Source: a virus
Direction: 5' to 3' (one strand)
Length of the DNA stretch: 29,059 nt
IMG/VR virus record: IMGVR_UViG_3300029568_000138
Span: 1-29,059 of that record
Positions 15,183 through 23,472 of the stretch are shown piece by piece. The notes under the pieces were generated by a model. The model had not been told where the DNA came from. It searched no databases and was given only the letters and a program-made list of their open reading frames with translations. The position numbers and the translations under genes were made by a program. Each line of letters starts with the position of its first letter. Within the stretch, counting starts at the first letter, position 1.

Positions 15183-15281
15183 TTCTTATAAGCCATTATC
15201 ATAACTGCATTCTCATAAGCTAAAAAAAGAATGCATTATGAGAAAAATATTTAAATTTTTTAAAAAAAAGGTTTATCATAA
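15183..15281. promoter_or_regulatory. Cluster of related 9-mers upstream of the recombinase gene, including a 35-bp dyad (TTCTCATAA-17 nt-TTATGAGAA, 15210-15244).
   Basis: The 9-mers are TTCTTATAA 15183-15191, TTATCATAA 15196-15204, TTCTCATAA 15210-15218, TTATGAGAA 15236-15244 and TTATCATAA 15273-15281. TTCTCATAT also occurs at 15111-15119. Confidence 0.4.
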
Positions 15282-15298
15282 TGTTTGCGAGGTGATTT

Positions 15299-15856
15299 AT
15301 GATTTATGGATATGTAAGAGTATCAACATACAAACAAGATTATGAAAGTCAGAAACAGGCGTTGTTAAATAATGGTGCCGAATTTATATATGAGGAAAAA
15401 GAATCGGGAAAAGACTTATCACGAACAGTATTACAAGATTGTATTGAAAATTTGCAGCCCGAAGACATATTAATGGTTAATCATATATGCCGATTATCTA
15501 GGTCTTTGTCAGATTGTACTAAATTAATAAATGATTTACATAAACGTAACATTTATATCAAAATTTTAAGTTCAGGTGTTGATACCAGTACTACCGGCGG
15601 TAAAATGTTTGCACAAATGCACGCATTATTTGCTGAATTTGAACGCGAAATTATACTAGAACGGACAGCGGCAGGGCGTGAAAAAGCACGTAAAGAGGGA
15701 AGACTTACAGGGCGACCAATAAAACATACATTAGACAGAATAAGATTAATTGAAGATGAAATTGTTAAAGGATGCGATATTAGACAAACCTGTAAATTAA
15801 GAGGCGTCTCAGTTGCAACATATTATAGACGTAGAGCTGAATTATTTAAGGTGTAA
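15299..15856 (+). CDS. Small serine recombinase of the resolvase/invertase type (185 aa).
   Basis: The N-terminus is MIYGYVRVSTYKQ with the catalytic Ser at position 9. Further motifs are ICRLSRSLSD, GKMFAQMHALFAEFEREIILERTAAGREKARKEGRLTGRP and a C-terminal HTH (IRQTCKLRGVSVATYYRR). Confidence 0.9.
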   Translation: MIYGYVRVSTYKQDYESQKQALLNNGAEFIYEEKESGKDLSRTVLQDCIENLQPEDILMVNHICRLSRSLSDCTKLINDLHKRNIYIKILSSGVDTSTTGGKMFAQMHALFAEFEREIILERTAAGREKARKEGRLTGRPIKHTLDRIRLIEDEIVKGCDIRQTCKLRGVSVATYYRRRAELFKV

Positions 15857-15868
15857 TTAATATTTTTT

Positions 15869-15897
15869 TACTATCTTAGTTTTTACTATTTGTAGAT
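15869..15897 (-). repeat. Site B, right inverted repeat flanking the recombinase cassette (minus-strand read ATCTACAAATAGTAAAAACTAAGATAGTA).
   Basis: See site A. It begins 12 nt after the recombinase stop. Confidence 0.6.
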
Positions 15898-15962
15898 GTA
15901 ATGTAATATTATAGTGGGCTATACAGTTTACTCATCTCCCCTTTGTTTAATAGTATAGTCCT

Positions 15963-16295
15963 TTATTTTTTTTTATATCGATCAACAATATTTTGACCAA
16001 TTTGTTTAAGCCGTCTAACGTCTGACATATTTTTTGGCATTGGTGCATCCCAGCGTTTAAATTGCATTGCGCTTGGTGTCGGGCGTCCTTGCTTGTCTTT
16101 TAATGCGGGCATACTATTAAGTATTTGGCTTGCTTTTCTAAGAATAAATTTTCCTCGTGTAAATTTTCTTGCAGGGCTTGCCGTACTAACATCACGCACA
16201 GGACGAGCAACATTCCCCCCAGCACGATTATACTCAGCCATTTTTTTATTTGTTCGTTTATCATAGCGTTTGTATTTTTCATCCGCACTTAACAT
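15963..16295 (-). CDS. Highly basic small protein (110 aa), co-transcribed with the portal.
   Basis: The start overlaps the portal stop as TAATG. The protein is Lys/Arg-rich throughout. Confidence 0.55.
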   Translation of the reverse strand: MLSADEKYKRYDKRTNKKMAEYNRAGGNVARPVRDVSTASPARKFTRGKFILRKASQILNSMPALKDKQGRPTPSAMQFKRWDAPMPKNMSDVRRLKQIGQNIVDRYKKK

Positions 16296-18301
16296 TAGCC
16301 TATGCCTGTTATATATGATGGAATTTCTGGCTCAGGATTTAAGCCTAAAGTAGTAGATAAAGGCTCAAGTAAACCAAGTGATTGCGTTATTTTTGCAATT
16401 GCTGAATATTGTTGTTCAGGTGGTAATACATTTATTAATTCGACTATATCTTTTAATGACATATTCACATTTTTTACATAACTATTAAAATCAGGTTCAG
16501 GTAATGGAACTTCCATTGCTTTGTCACGTTCTTCTTTTTGCTTATTTATGATTGCTCGGTAGTTTGGGTAATCCAATGTACGCAAGATTAACTCTTTAAC
16601 GTCTGGATCATTTATATCACCAAAAATACCCTGTTGAGCTAACTGGATAGTTGTTGCAGCAAGTGCCGAAGCCGATTGTGGTAATGCACTGCCAGCGGTA
16701 ATTTCAACTTCGTATTCACCTAAAGTTAAATCACTTTTAATTGTATCAATCGCGAGCAATTCATTTGTTTGCATATCACGATCATATATATTAATTTGCA
16801 TTTGTCCCATGTTATCAGGCTCAATTGAAGCAAACTGTGAACCACTTGCCATCCGTATAATTCGAGGCTGATTGTAATATAACTGAATTAATGTAATTGC
16901 TTTATTGCTAACGCCTTGTAAAAAAGTTTTAAAATTTCGTTGGATTTCTCTAATAGAACTCATTGGTGATTCAATCAAATCACGTACCATTTGACCACTA
17001 TTAACACCAACCGGACGCTCACCAGAAAGCATTATTTCATTAATACGTGCGATTTTGTATGCATCCTGTTTTAAATCTTGAATGTGTTGTCGAACGATCT
17101 GTATATCTTGAGTTAGTTTGTTTGTAACTAATACAGGTGGAGTGCCAGCACTTCCAGGCACAGAATAAACAATGTCAAAATTTTTCTCTAAGGTATTACG
17201 TGGGATTGAATCCTCTTGTACTATCAAAAATGATTTGTATTTCATTAGTAATTGTTGAAGCTTATAATAAGCGTCAATAATTTTGTCTTGGGTTGAGATT
17301 AAATCTTCAACATCCCCAAAACCAACAATTCCATCAGATTGTGTTGGGCTAAATGTATCAAACGGAAACCCAAACGGATAATCAATTGGTTTATCTTCCA
17401 ATATTTCTTTTCCTGAATATATAATTAATCGGCCATTGGGATACTTAAACCGCTCGTCTGTTTTCATATCTTTTTCTTGACCACTGTCTTTGTCTAACGG
17501 AACTAGAACAGTATCATCCTTCAAATAACATTCCCATAATAAAATATTTTCAGTTGTATTTGATGGAACCAAAGACCCTTCATTCATATAACCTTGTGCG
17601 TTATTTTTTGTTCCATTTTCTTGGTTTTCCATACTGACCACTAAATCAGTACGCTTTTCAGCACTATCCGTTATCTTTGCCGATTCAGTTGTTAACTTAT
17701 CAATTTTTTTTAAAATATCAGGTCGATTTTTATATTCGTTAATTAAATCAAACCGACTAATATATCGTTTTAAAAAAATATAATTGCAATTTTCAATTGT
17801 TGTCGCATTTGGTTCGGGGAAAAAATCAATTGGGTTTACTCGTTCAATACGAACATCACCCAAACCATTATCAAGCGATTGATTCCAGAATATTTTGGCA
17901 ATCCCGATTCCATTAATTAATCCGTCACGAATAATACGTTGCGATACATTATCCATGTGAGTATTTTTTTTAACGTTTTCCCAGCAATCATTTAATATAT
18001 CAGCTATATTTTCGAGTTGTTTTAAATTATTAAAGGTTTGATGCGACAAGTTTGCAGGCTTAACGTTGGTTGATATCATTGCATCCAGTGCCGTGGTCGC
18101 TTTCGTTTCAATAATTGGCTTAATTATATTATAAAATGAATTTTCAGAGCCTTTTTTGGGCAGCCCATCAGCACCGTAACCAATAGTGGGCGCAACATTG
18201 CCTCTATAATAACGTTGCAATTGACTAAATTTTTTTGTTGTTGGTACGTTTGTGGCTTTGCTCTTTAGCTTGTTTAAATATTCCAAAAAAGGATTATCCA
18301 T
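16295..18301 (-). CDS. Putative portal protein (668 aa).
   Basis: It is the only large non-tail ORF between the large terminase and the scaffold/capsid genes, and its size and acidic composition fit portal proteins. The call is positional; no signature was verified by eye. Confidence 0.6.
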   Translation of the reverse strand: MDNPFLEYLNKLKSKATNVPTTKKFSQLQRYYRGNVAPTIGYGADGLPKKGSENSFYNIIKPIIETKATTALDAMISTNVKPANLSHQTFNNLKQLENIADILNDCWENVKKNTHMDNVSQRIIRDGLINGIGIAKIFWNQSLDNGLGDVRIERVNPIDFFPEPNATTIENCNYIFLKRYISRFDLINEYKNRPDILKKIDKLTTESAKITDSAEKRTDLVVSMENQENGTKNNAQGYMNEGSLVPSNTTENILLWECYLKDDTVLVPLDKDSGQEKDMKTDERFKYPNGRLIIYSGKEILEDKPIDYPFGFPFDTFSPTQSDGIVGFGDVEDLISTQDKIIDAYYKLQQLLMKYKSFLIVQEDSIPRNTLEKNFDIVYSVPGSAGTPPVLVTNKLTQDIQIVRQHIQDLKQDAYKIARINEIMLSGERPVGVNSGQMVRDLIESPMSSIREIQRNFKTFLQGVSNKAITLIQLYYNQPRIIRMASGSQFASIEPDNMGQMQINIYDRDMQTNELLAIDTIKSDLTLGEYEVEITAGSALPQSASALAATTIQLAQQGIFGDINDPDVKELILRTLDYPNYRAIINKQKEERDKAMEVPLPEPDFNSYVKNVNMSLKDIVELINVLPPEQQYSAIAKITQSLGLLEPLSTTLGLNPEPEIPSYITGIG

Positions 18302-18332
18302 TTATATATTTTATCTATAAGAAAAAATTTAC

Positions 18333-18349
18333 ACATTTTACAAAAATGT
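18333..18349. promoter_or_regulatory. Dyad ACATTTT-ACA-AAAATGT, which contains the third copy of the ATTTTACAAAAWTGTA motif.
   Basis: Read directly. It lies in the divergent intergenic region between the portal (minus) and 18428 (plus). Confidence 0.5.
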
Positions 18350-18367
18350 ATTGTTAATAAAAAAGCG

Positions 18368-18392
18368 TTACAAAGAGTGAAAAAGAGTAAAA
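18368..18392 (+). repeat. Site C, a degenerate third copy of the A/B site (TTACAAAGAGTGAAAAAGAGTAAAA), inverted relative to site B.
   Basis: Shares the TACAAA...AGT...purine run...GA(TA)GTAAAA layout with sites A and B, about 21 matches with gaps. The similarity is weak and the DNA is AT-rich. Confidence 0.35.
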
Positions 18393-18427
18393 TGACTCAT
18401 TGTTATATATTTTTTTAATATACAACT

Positions 18428-18775
18428 ATGCTTTTTGAGTATGGCAAGCGTTTACAGTTAAAGAAAGACACTCAATTAAAATTTTATGTAGATGGCATTT
18501 ATCCTAGTGGCCAATTAGGTTACAAAGAGCCACACTACAAAATACTATTTGATGATGCCAGTTTGATAATGTCGGAAAGTTTAGCCTCAACATTATTTGA
18601 ATTAGTCGACACTAAAGAACCAGAAAAAAAACAAATTAAAGAAGATGATCAGCTTAATAAATTAAATAAAGACGATTTAATTGCCATTGCTGCTCAAATA
18701 GATTCGTCTAGCGATCTTACTAAATTAAAAAAAAGTGAATTAATAAATTTTATTGAGGGTAACAAAAATGCATGA
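18428..18775 (+). CDS. Hypothetical protein with a C-terminal SAP/Rho-N-like helix-extended-helix motif (115 aa).
   Basis: The C-terminus is LNKDDLIAIAAQI...LTKLKKSELINFIEG. No SD was seen. A TAATAT hexamer ends 6 nt before the ATG, so a leaderless start is possible. Confidence 0.5.
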   Translation: MLFEYGKRLQLKKDTQLKFYVDGIYPSGQLGYKEPHYKILFDDASLIMSESLASTLFELVDTKEPEKKQIKEDDQLNKLNKDDLIAIAAQIDSSSDLTKLKKSELINFIEGNKNA

Positions 18776-19097
18776 CGAAAAAAAAGGGTTTATGATTATT
18801 TTAGGTAAAAACAATAAGGGTGATGAATACGAAAAAGAAGAAGAAGTAAAAGAAGAAACAACCGAAAAAAAAGGTAAACTTCAATTTACTTTGGAAGATT
18901 TTGGCGGTTATACGCCCATGGAATTAGTTTCTAAATTAGAAGAAGCTAAGGACGCTATTAGTAAAGGTAACGCAAAAGAGGCGATGATGGCCCTTGATAG
19001 TTGTATTGTTCGAATCTCAGGTAAAAAACTTGATGAAGAGAAAGAATCAGCCGTAAATCGAGGGTACGAATATCAACTTGATAAAGCGTTGTCTTAA
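18768..19097 (+). CDS. Acidic hypothetical protein (109 aa from ATG 18768; the ORF track gives TTG 18753).
   Basis: GAGGG lies 8 nt upstream of ATG 18768. The protein is Glu/Lys-rich. Confidence 0.5.
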   Translation: MHDEKKGFMIILGKNNKGDEYEKEEEVKEETTEKKGKLQFTLEDFGGYTPMELVSKLEEAKDAISKGNAKEAMMALDSCIVRISGKKLDEEKESAVNRGYEYQLDKALS

Positions 19098-19116
19098 TCT
19101 ATTTTAGGAGGCACTA

Positions 19117-19896
19117 ATGGCAACAGACATCCAAGAGGAAGTCACAGAGGAGCAAGTCAACAACGCCACCCAATTAACTTTTGGGCAAGGCAATGACACT
19201 TTAAGTGATGATGCTGGACACGTCGAAACCGACGCAAACAATTCATGGGAAGGCGATAAAAGATACGAAGAACATTGGGCAAAAGACCCAAACAAAATGT
19301 ATGAATCTTTACGCTATCATGAAAAAAGGCAAGGTGACTTTGACAAGCAAATTAATGATTATAAAAAGCAAGTCGAAGAACTCCAAAGATACCGTGACGA
19401 TTATAATGCAGTTGAAGAGTTGTTTAATCATGAACAAATCGGAGGCGAATTACTAGGAGTCATAAACAAATATAACAATGTCGAACCAGAGCAACAGACA
19501 CAAGCCGCCAATCCAAGTGATTCTCAACTTAATGAGCTTTTAAATTGGAAAAGTAATATTGAGCAATTAGCGCTTAATAATTACTACAGTCAACAAGAGC
19601 AAGAGCAATTCAAAGAAATCGACAATCTAGCTAAACAATACAATTTGTCTTATGACAAAGAACAATTTGTAAAGCATATGAATGAAGGCCAAATCCCTAG
19701 AGAGTATTGGAGTCGATACTTTAAGTCGGAAGCACTACCAACAATATTAAATGCCAATTCAGCAATTTCAGCAGAAAATGCATTAAAAAAACAAGCAAGT
19801 GCACAAAGCCTTGCAACAGGTCAAAACAAACAACGACCAGCAGTTGGTGGAGAGGCAAGCTATAAATCTGCTCTGGATAAGATTTTAAATCAATAA
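19117..19896 (+). CDS. Putative scaffolding protein.
   Basis: AGGAGG lies 6 nt upstream. The composition is acidic, Gln/Glu-rich and helical. It sits immediately upstream of the major capsid gene. Confidence 0.6.
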   Translation: MATDIQEEVTEEQVNNATQLTFGQGNDTLSDDAGHVETDANNSWEGDKRYEEHWAKDPNKMYESLRYHEKRQGDFDKQINDYKKQVEELQRYRDDYNAVEELFNHEQIGGELLGVINKYNNVEPEQQTQAANPSDSQLNELLNWKSNIEQLALNNYYSQQEQEQFKEIDNLAKQYNLSYDKEQFVKHMNEGQIPREYWSRYFKSEALPTILNANSAISAENALKKQASAQSLATGQNKQRPAVGGEASYKSALDKILNQ

Positions 19897-19906
19897 GGAG
19901 AAAATA

Positions 19907-20923
19907 ATGGCTTTATCAGCAGATCAATTGAACGAAGCATTATCGATAGCTCATGATGCTATCAGAACGGAAATTCCAGATCAATTTGGACAAGCAAACG
20001 CTTTGTTTAACAAACTTTCAAAAAAACCAAATTTAGAATACGTTTCAGGTGGAACAGCAATTAAGCAACCTGTAGAAATTGCTGAAAATCAATCTGAAGG
20101 TTTCTATGATGGTGGGTTTGGTGTAATTGATACCTCAGCTAACCAGCAAATAAGTTTTGCCACTTTCGATTTTAAATATTTTTACCACAATGTATCTTTC
20201 ACCTTGGAAGATTTTACTAAGACTGACAACACAGCCAACGCAGTTAAGTCTTTAATTGTTGCTAAAATCGAAGGTGCTAAAAACAAAGCCACTCGAACAT
20301 TATCATCAGCTATGTATGGTTCAGGTTCAGATTCTAATGGTAACGCATTCAATGGCTTTGCAGACATTTTTGCAGCTTCAGGTACAGCTTATGGTGGTAT
20401 TACTAACACCGATTTAGATGACAGCACTACTTGGTTAACAGAAATTGATACCACAACTAACACAATTAACTATGCAAACTTGAATGAAGTTGTTCGTAAA
20501 TTAGTAGCGCGTGGTCAAAGATATGGAAACGAAATTGGTTCATATGCACCTGACATGATGGTATCGAACTCTTTTGTACAAGCTAAGTTTTTAGCATCAC
20601 AACAATCAAATCAGCGTTTTATTGATTCAGAAGATTTAGCGGCTGGATTTGCAGGTTGTAAGTTTAACAACATTAATTGGTTTGTTGATGAGTACAGCCC
20701 AGGATCAGCCGATGGTTCAACCGCTGATAATGACTTATATATCTTATCAACGCCAACACTTAAAATGTGTTACAAGTATGGCTTTGAGGGTAAAACAGCA
20801 CCAATGGATTTTAACTCTAGAATCCCTAACCAAGCGATTCAAACCAATCAAACGTTTTTAGTAGGAAACATGGTTTGTACTGCTCGTCGTTATAACGGTG
20901 TATTCAAGTCATTACAGTCATAA
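19907..20923 (+). CDS. Major capsid protein (HK97-fold type inferred).
   Basis: AAGGAG lies 7 nt upstream. The 338-aa size, the position after the scaffold gene and the sequence pattern (...GGTAIKQPVE...FDFKYFYHNVSFT...YGGITN...) resemble podovirus and siphovirus coat families. Confidence 0.75.
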   Translation: MALSADQLNEALSIAHDAIRTEIPDQFGQANALFNKLSKKPNLEYVSGGTAIKQPVEIAENQSEGFYDGGFGVIDTSANQQISFATFDFKYFYHNVSFTLEDFTKTDNTANAVKSLIVAKIEGAKNKATRTLSSAMYGSGSDSNGNAFNGFADIFAASGTAYGGITNTDLDDSTTWLTEIDTTTNTINYANLNEVVRKLVARGQRYGNEIGSYAPDMMVSNSFVQAKFLASQQSNQRFIDSEDLAAGFAGCKFNNINWFVDEYSPGSADGSTADNDLYILSTPTLKMCYKYGFEGKTAPMDFNSRIPNQAIQTNQTFLVGNMVCTARRYNGVFKSLQS

Positions 20924-20942
20924 TTAGAAAGGAGAAAAATCA

Positions 20943-21449
20943 ATGGCATTTATACAATCAATCGATACTGATGATTTAACTAATCCAAGCTCCACACGTA
21001 AATACGATTTAGGAGCTCAATATGTTGACGTGTCTAGTGCGGATGCAATTAAACCAGAATATGTTTACATTAAATCGCATGGTGCCCTTACACAGTACCA
21101 ACCATACCAGCTATCTACTTCAAACACGGCAGGTAGTGAAGTCACATCAAAAGCACCAGCGACAACTGATTCAGGCGCAACTGTAGTTGCTCCACAAGTT
21201 GCAGTAACTTCAGGTTACTATGCATGGGTTCCTTATAAAGGAAAAGCAACTGTATTAACAACTGATACGTTTGCCGCCGGTGACTACGCTGAAGTTTTGA
21301 ACGCTGGCACAGGTTTAAAACTTGATGGAGGTGTAAGTGGATCAACCGCAGAAGGTGCACAATCCGTTGGGATCGCATCAACTGCAACAAGCGGTGGTTC
21401 GGCAACCATTGTTTTGTCAGGAAATAAAGTAAAAATAGCCGCATCATAA
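20943..21449 (+). CDS. Putative capsid decoration / head-associated protein (168 aa).
   Basis: AAGGAG lies upstream and the gene follows the capsid gene directly. The Gly/Ala/Ser/Thr-rich beta composition resembles DUF2190-type decoration proteins. Low certainty. Confidence 0.35.
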   Translation: MAFIQSIDTDDLTNPSSTRKYDLGAQYVDVSSADAIKPEYVYIKSHGALTQYQPYQLSTSNTAGSEVTSKAPATTDSGATVVAPQVAVTSGYYAWVPYKGKATVLTTDTFAAGDYAEVLNAGTGLKLDGGVSGSTAEGAQSVGIASTATSGGSATIVLSGNKVKIAAS

Positions 21450-21470
21450 GATCTGGGAGGATCGGGTTTT

Positions 21471-21500
21471 GGGTAGTGGTTAATGCCACTACCCTTTGAT
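21471..21500 (+). terminator. Stem-loop GGGTAGTGG-ttaatg-CCACTACCC followed by TTTGAT (attenuator or partial terminator after the capsid genes).
   Basis: A perfect 9-bp stem. The ATG at 21483 lies in the loop. Confidence 0.45.
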
Positions 21501-21893
21501 AGAATCATGGCAAATTTTCAAGATATCAAAGCACAAACAGGGATTAAATTTTTTAAAAGTACGGGTACAGGTACAGATTCAGATCCTTTTATTCCAGAAA
21601 TGGCGACAAGTACAACGCCAGGTGAAGTAACGAATATTACTAATTTTGCTGTAACAATTGGAACAAGTAGCACGCAAGTGTTAGCCGCTAACTCCAACAG
21701 GAAATTACTAATATTGGTAAACGACAGCGACGAAACAATGTATGTGTCATTGGGCGCAACAGCAACACTTAATAATGGTATTCGTTTAAATTCTAATGGT
21801 GGGGCATTGGCATTGGATGACCCTATATTTAAAGGCATAGTAAATGCAATATGTATTAGTGGGTCAAAAAAATTGGTAGGTATTGAAGGATGA
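21483..21893 (+). CDS. Virion-module hypothetical protein (136 aa; alternative start ATG 21507).
   Basis: ORF inside the structural operon. Its stop overlaps the next ATG as ATGA. Confidence 0.5.
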   Translation: MPLPFDRIMANFQDIKAQTGIKFFKSTGTGTDSDPFIPEMATSTTPGEVTNITNFAVTIGTSSTQVLAANSNRKLLILVNDSDETMYVSLGATATLNNGIRLNSNGGALALDDPIFKGIVNAICISGSKKLVGIEG

Positions 21894-23464
21894 CATTTAT
21901 CTACAATCCAGATCAAGGTGCAGCCGGTGCAGATAAGTTTTTAAGCGCGTTAGGATTTAATACAGGTGACGGTGTTTTAACGGCTACTATGAACGATGCA
22001 TCGACGGTTACTACTGATTTAGATGGTCGTTTTTTAGTTGATGTAGTTGATGATACTACGCCACAACTGGGCGGTGACTTAGATTTAAATAACAGTGACA
22101 TAATCGGCACAGGAAATATAAATATAACTGGCTCAGGTACAATGTCAGGTGACTTAACTATTGATACAAATACGTTATATGTTGATTCTACAAATAATCA
22201 AGTTGGTATTGGTACAACAACATTAAATGGTGAAATATTAACCGTTAATGGCAATGTCGAGGCTGACAACTTTATCGGTGGATTACGTGGTGAAGTACAA
22301 TTTAAAGCAAAAGCCGGTGAAGCAATAACAAAAGGCGATCCAATCTATATATCTAGTTTTGACGTAACTGGAAATTTACCAGTTATTGGCATTGCTGATG
22401 CAAACGACACTAACAAAATGCCAGCGTTTGGTTTAGCTGAAAGTACGGTATCTCTAAATGCCTCAGTTAATGTTGTTACCTTTGGCACATTGTCAGGCTT
22501 AGATACAAGCTCATTTAATCTAGGTGATGTGTTATATGTGTCTGATACTGGCACTTTGTCAAATACTCGACCAAAAACAGAATCATCGCTTATTCAAAAC
22601 ATTGGAAAAGTTCAGCGAGTACATGCCACAAGTGGATCAATAAAAGTCGGTGGGGCAGGGCGTACTAATGACGTTCCAAACTTAAACGAAGGTAATGTTT
22701 TTATTGGGGATGCAACAGGTTGTGCTATCACTAGAGGCTTAACACTTGATGATATATCAGAGACAGCCACAAACAAGCATTTTACAGCAAGTGATAATAC
22801 TAAATTAGACGGCATAGCATCTGGCGCAGAAGTTAACGTGCAATCAGATTGGAATGAAACTGATACAGGTGCTGATTCTTTCATACAAAATAAGCCTACA
22901 ACCATAACGAGTGCAGAACAAACTAAGCTAGGGTATATATCAGTTACGCAGGCAGTGGACCTAGACACGATGGAATCAGATGTATCAACTAATAACGCAA
23001 AAGTGACGAATGCCACACATACAGGTGACGTTACAGGCGCAACAGCGTTAACGATTACTGATGAAGCCGTTACAAACGCAAAATTAACGCATATTACAAC
23101 AGGAACCGTAAAGGCACGCACAAGCGCAGGAACAGGTGATGTTGAAGACATTGCAATTGCAACAACATTTAAAACGGCCTTATCTTTAGTTAAAGGTGAT
23201 GTTGGTTTAAATAATGTTGCGAATATAGATACAACAAATGCAAGTAATATAACAAGCGGAACACTTGCAGAGTTACGATTACCAACGATTGATGCCGATA
23301 ACACAACCATTAATAATTTAACGGTAACAAATTTTAAAGCTGGGGTATTAGATACTGATTTAAACAGTGTTAGTGCAAGTGATGACACCATACCAAGTGC
23401 AAAAGCGGTAAAAGCTTATGTCGATGCACAGATAGCAGCAAACGCAACACAATATTATGCGTAG
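21890..23464 (+). CDS. Tail fibre protein (524 aa).
   Basis: Carries motifs resembling those of phage tail fibres: KHFTASDNTKLDGIASGAEVNVQSDWNETDTGADSFIQNKP and, near the C-terminus, DDTIPSAKAVKAYVDAQIA. Confidence 0.75.
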   Translation: MTFIYNPDQGAAGADKFLSALGFNTGDGVLTATMNDASTVTTDLDGRFLVDVVDDTTPQLGGDLDLNNSDIIGTGNINITGSGTMSGDLTIDTNTLYVDSTNNQVGIGTTTLNGEILTVNGNVEADNFIGGLRGEVQFKAKAGEAITKGDPIYISSFDVTGNLPVIGIADANDTNKMPAFGLAESTVSLNASVNVVTFGTLSGLDTSSFNLGDVLYVSDTGTLSNTRPKTESSLIQNIGKVQRVHATSGSIKVGGAGRTNDVPNLNEGNVFIGDATGCAITRGLTLDDISETATNKHFTASDNTKLDGIASGAEVNVQSDWNETDTGADSFIQNKPTTITSAEQTKLGYISVTQAVDLDTMESDVSTNNAKVTNATHTGDVTGATALTITDEAVTNAKLTHITTGTVKARTSAGTGDVEDIAIATTFKTALSLVKGDVGLNNVANIDTTNASNITSGTLAELRLPTIDADNTTINNLTVTNFKAGVLDTDLNSVSASDDTIPSAKAVKAYVDAQIAANATQYYA

Positions 23465-23472
23465 GAGTACAA

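Noticed and set aside
14300-15298. Search for tRNA genes, CRISPR repeats or a tyrosine integrase with attP in the long non-coding stretches.
   Set aside because: No T-loop (GGTTCGAAT-like) or cloverleaf arrangement, no regularly spaced repeats and no integrase ORF were seen. Only the small serine recombinase is present.
16100-16288. 62-aa alternative-frame ORF nested in 15963..16295.
   Set aside because: The longer frame has a TAATG coupling to the portal stop and is preferred.
21890-23464. Possible diversity-generating retroelement or variable-repeat targeting of the tail fibre.
   Set aside because: There is no reverse transcriptase ORF anywhere in the genome, and I found no template-like duplicate of the fibre 3' region.
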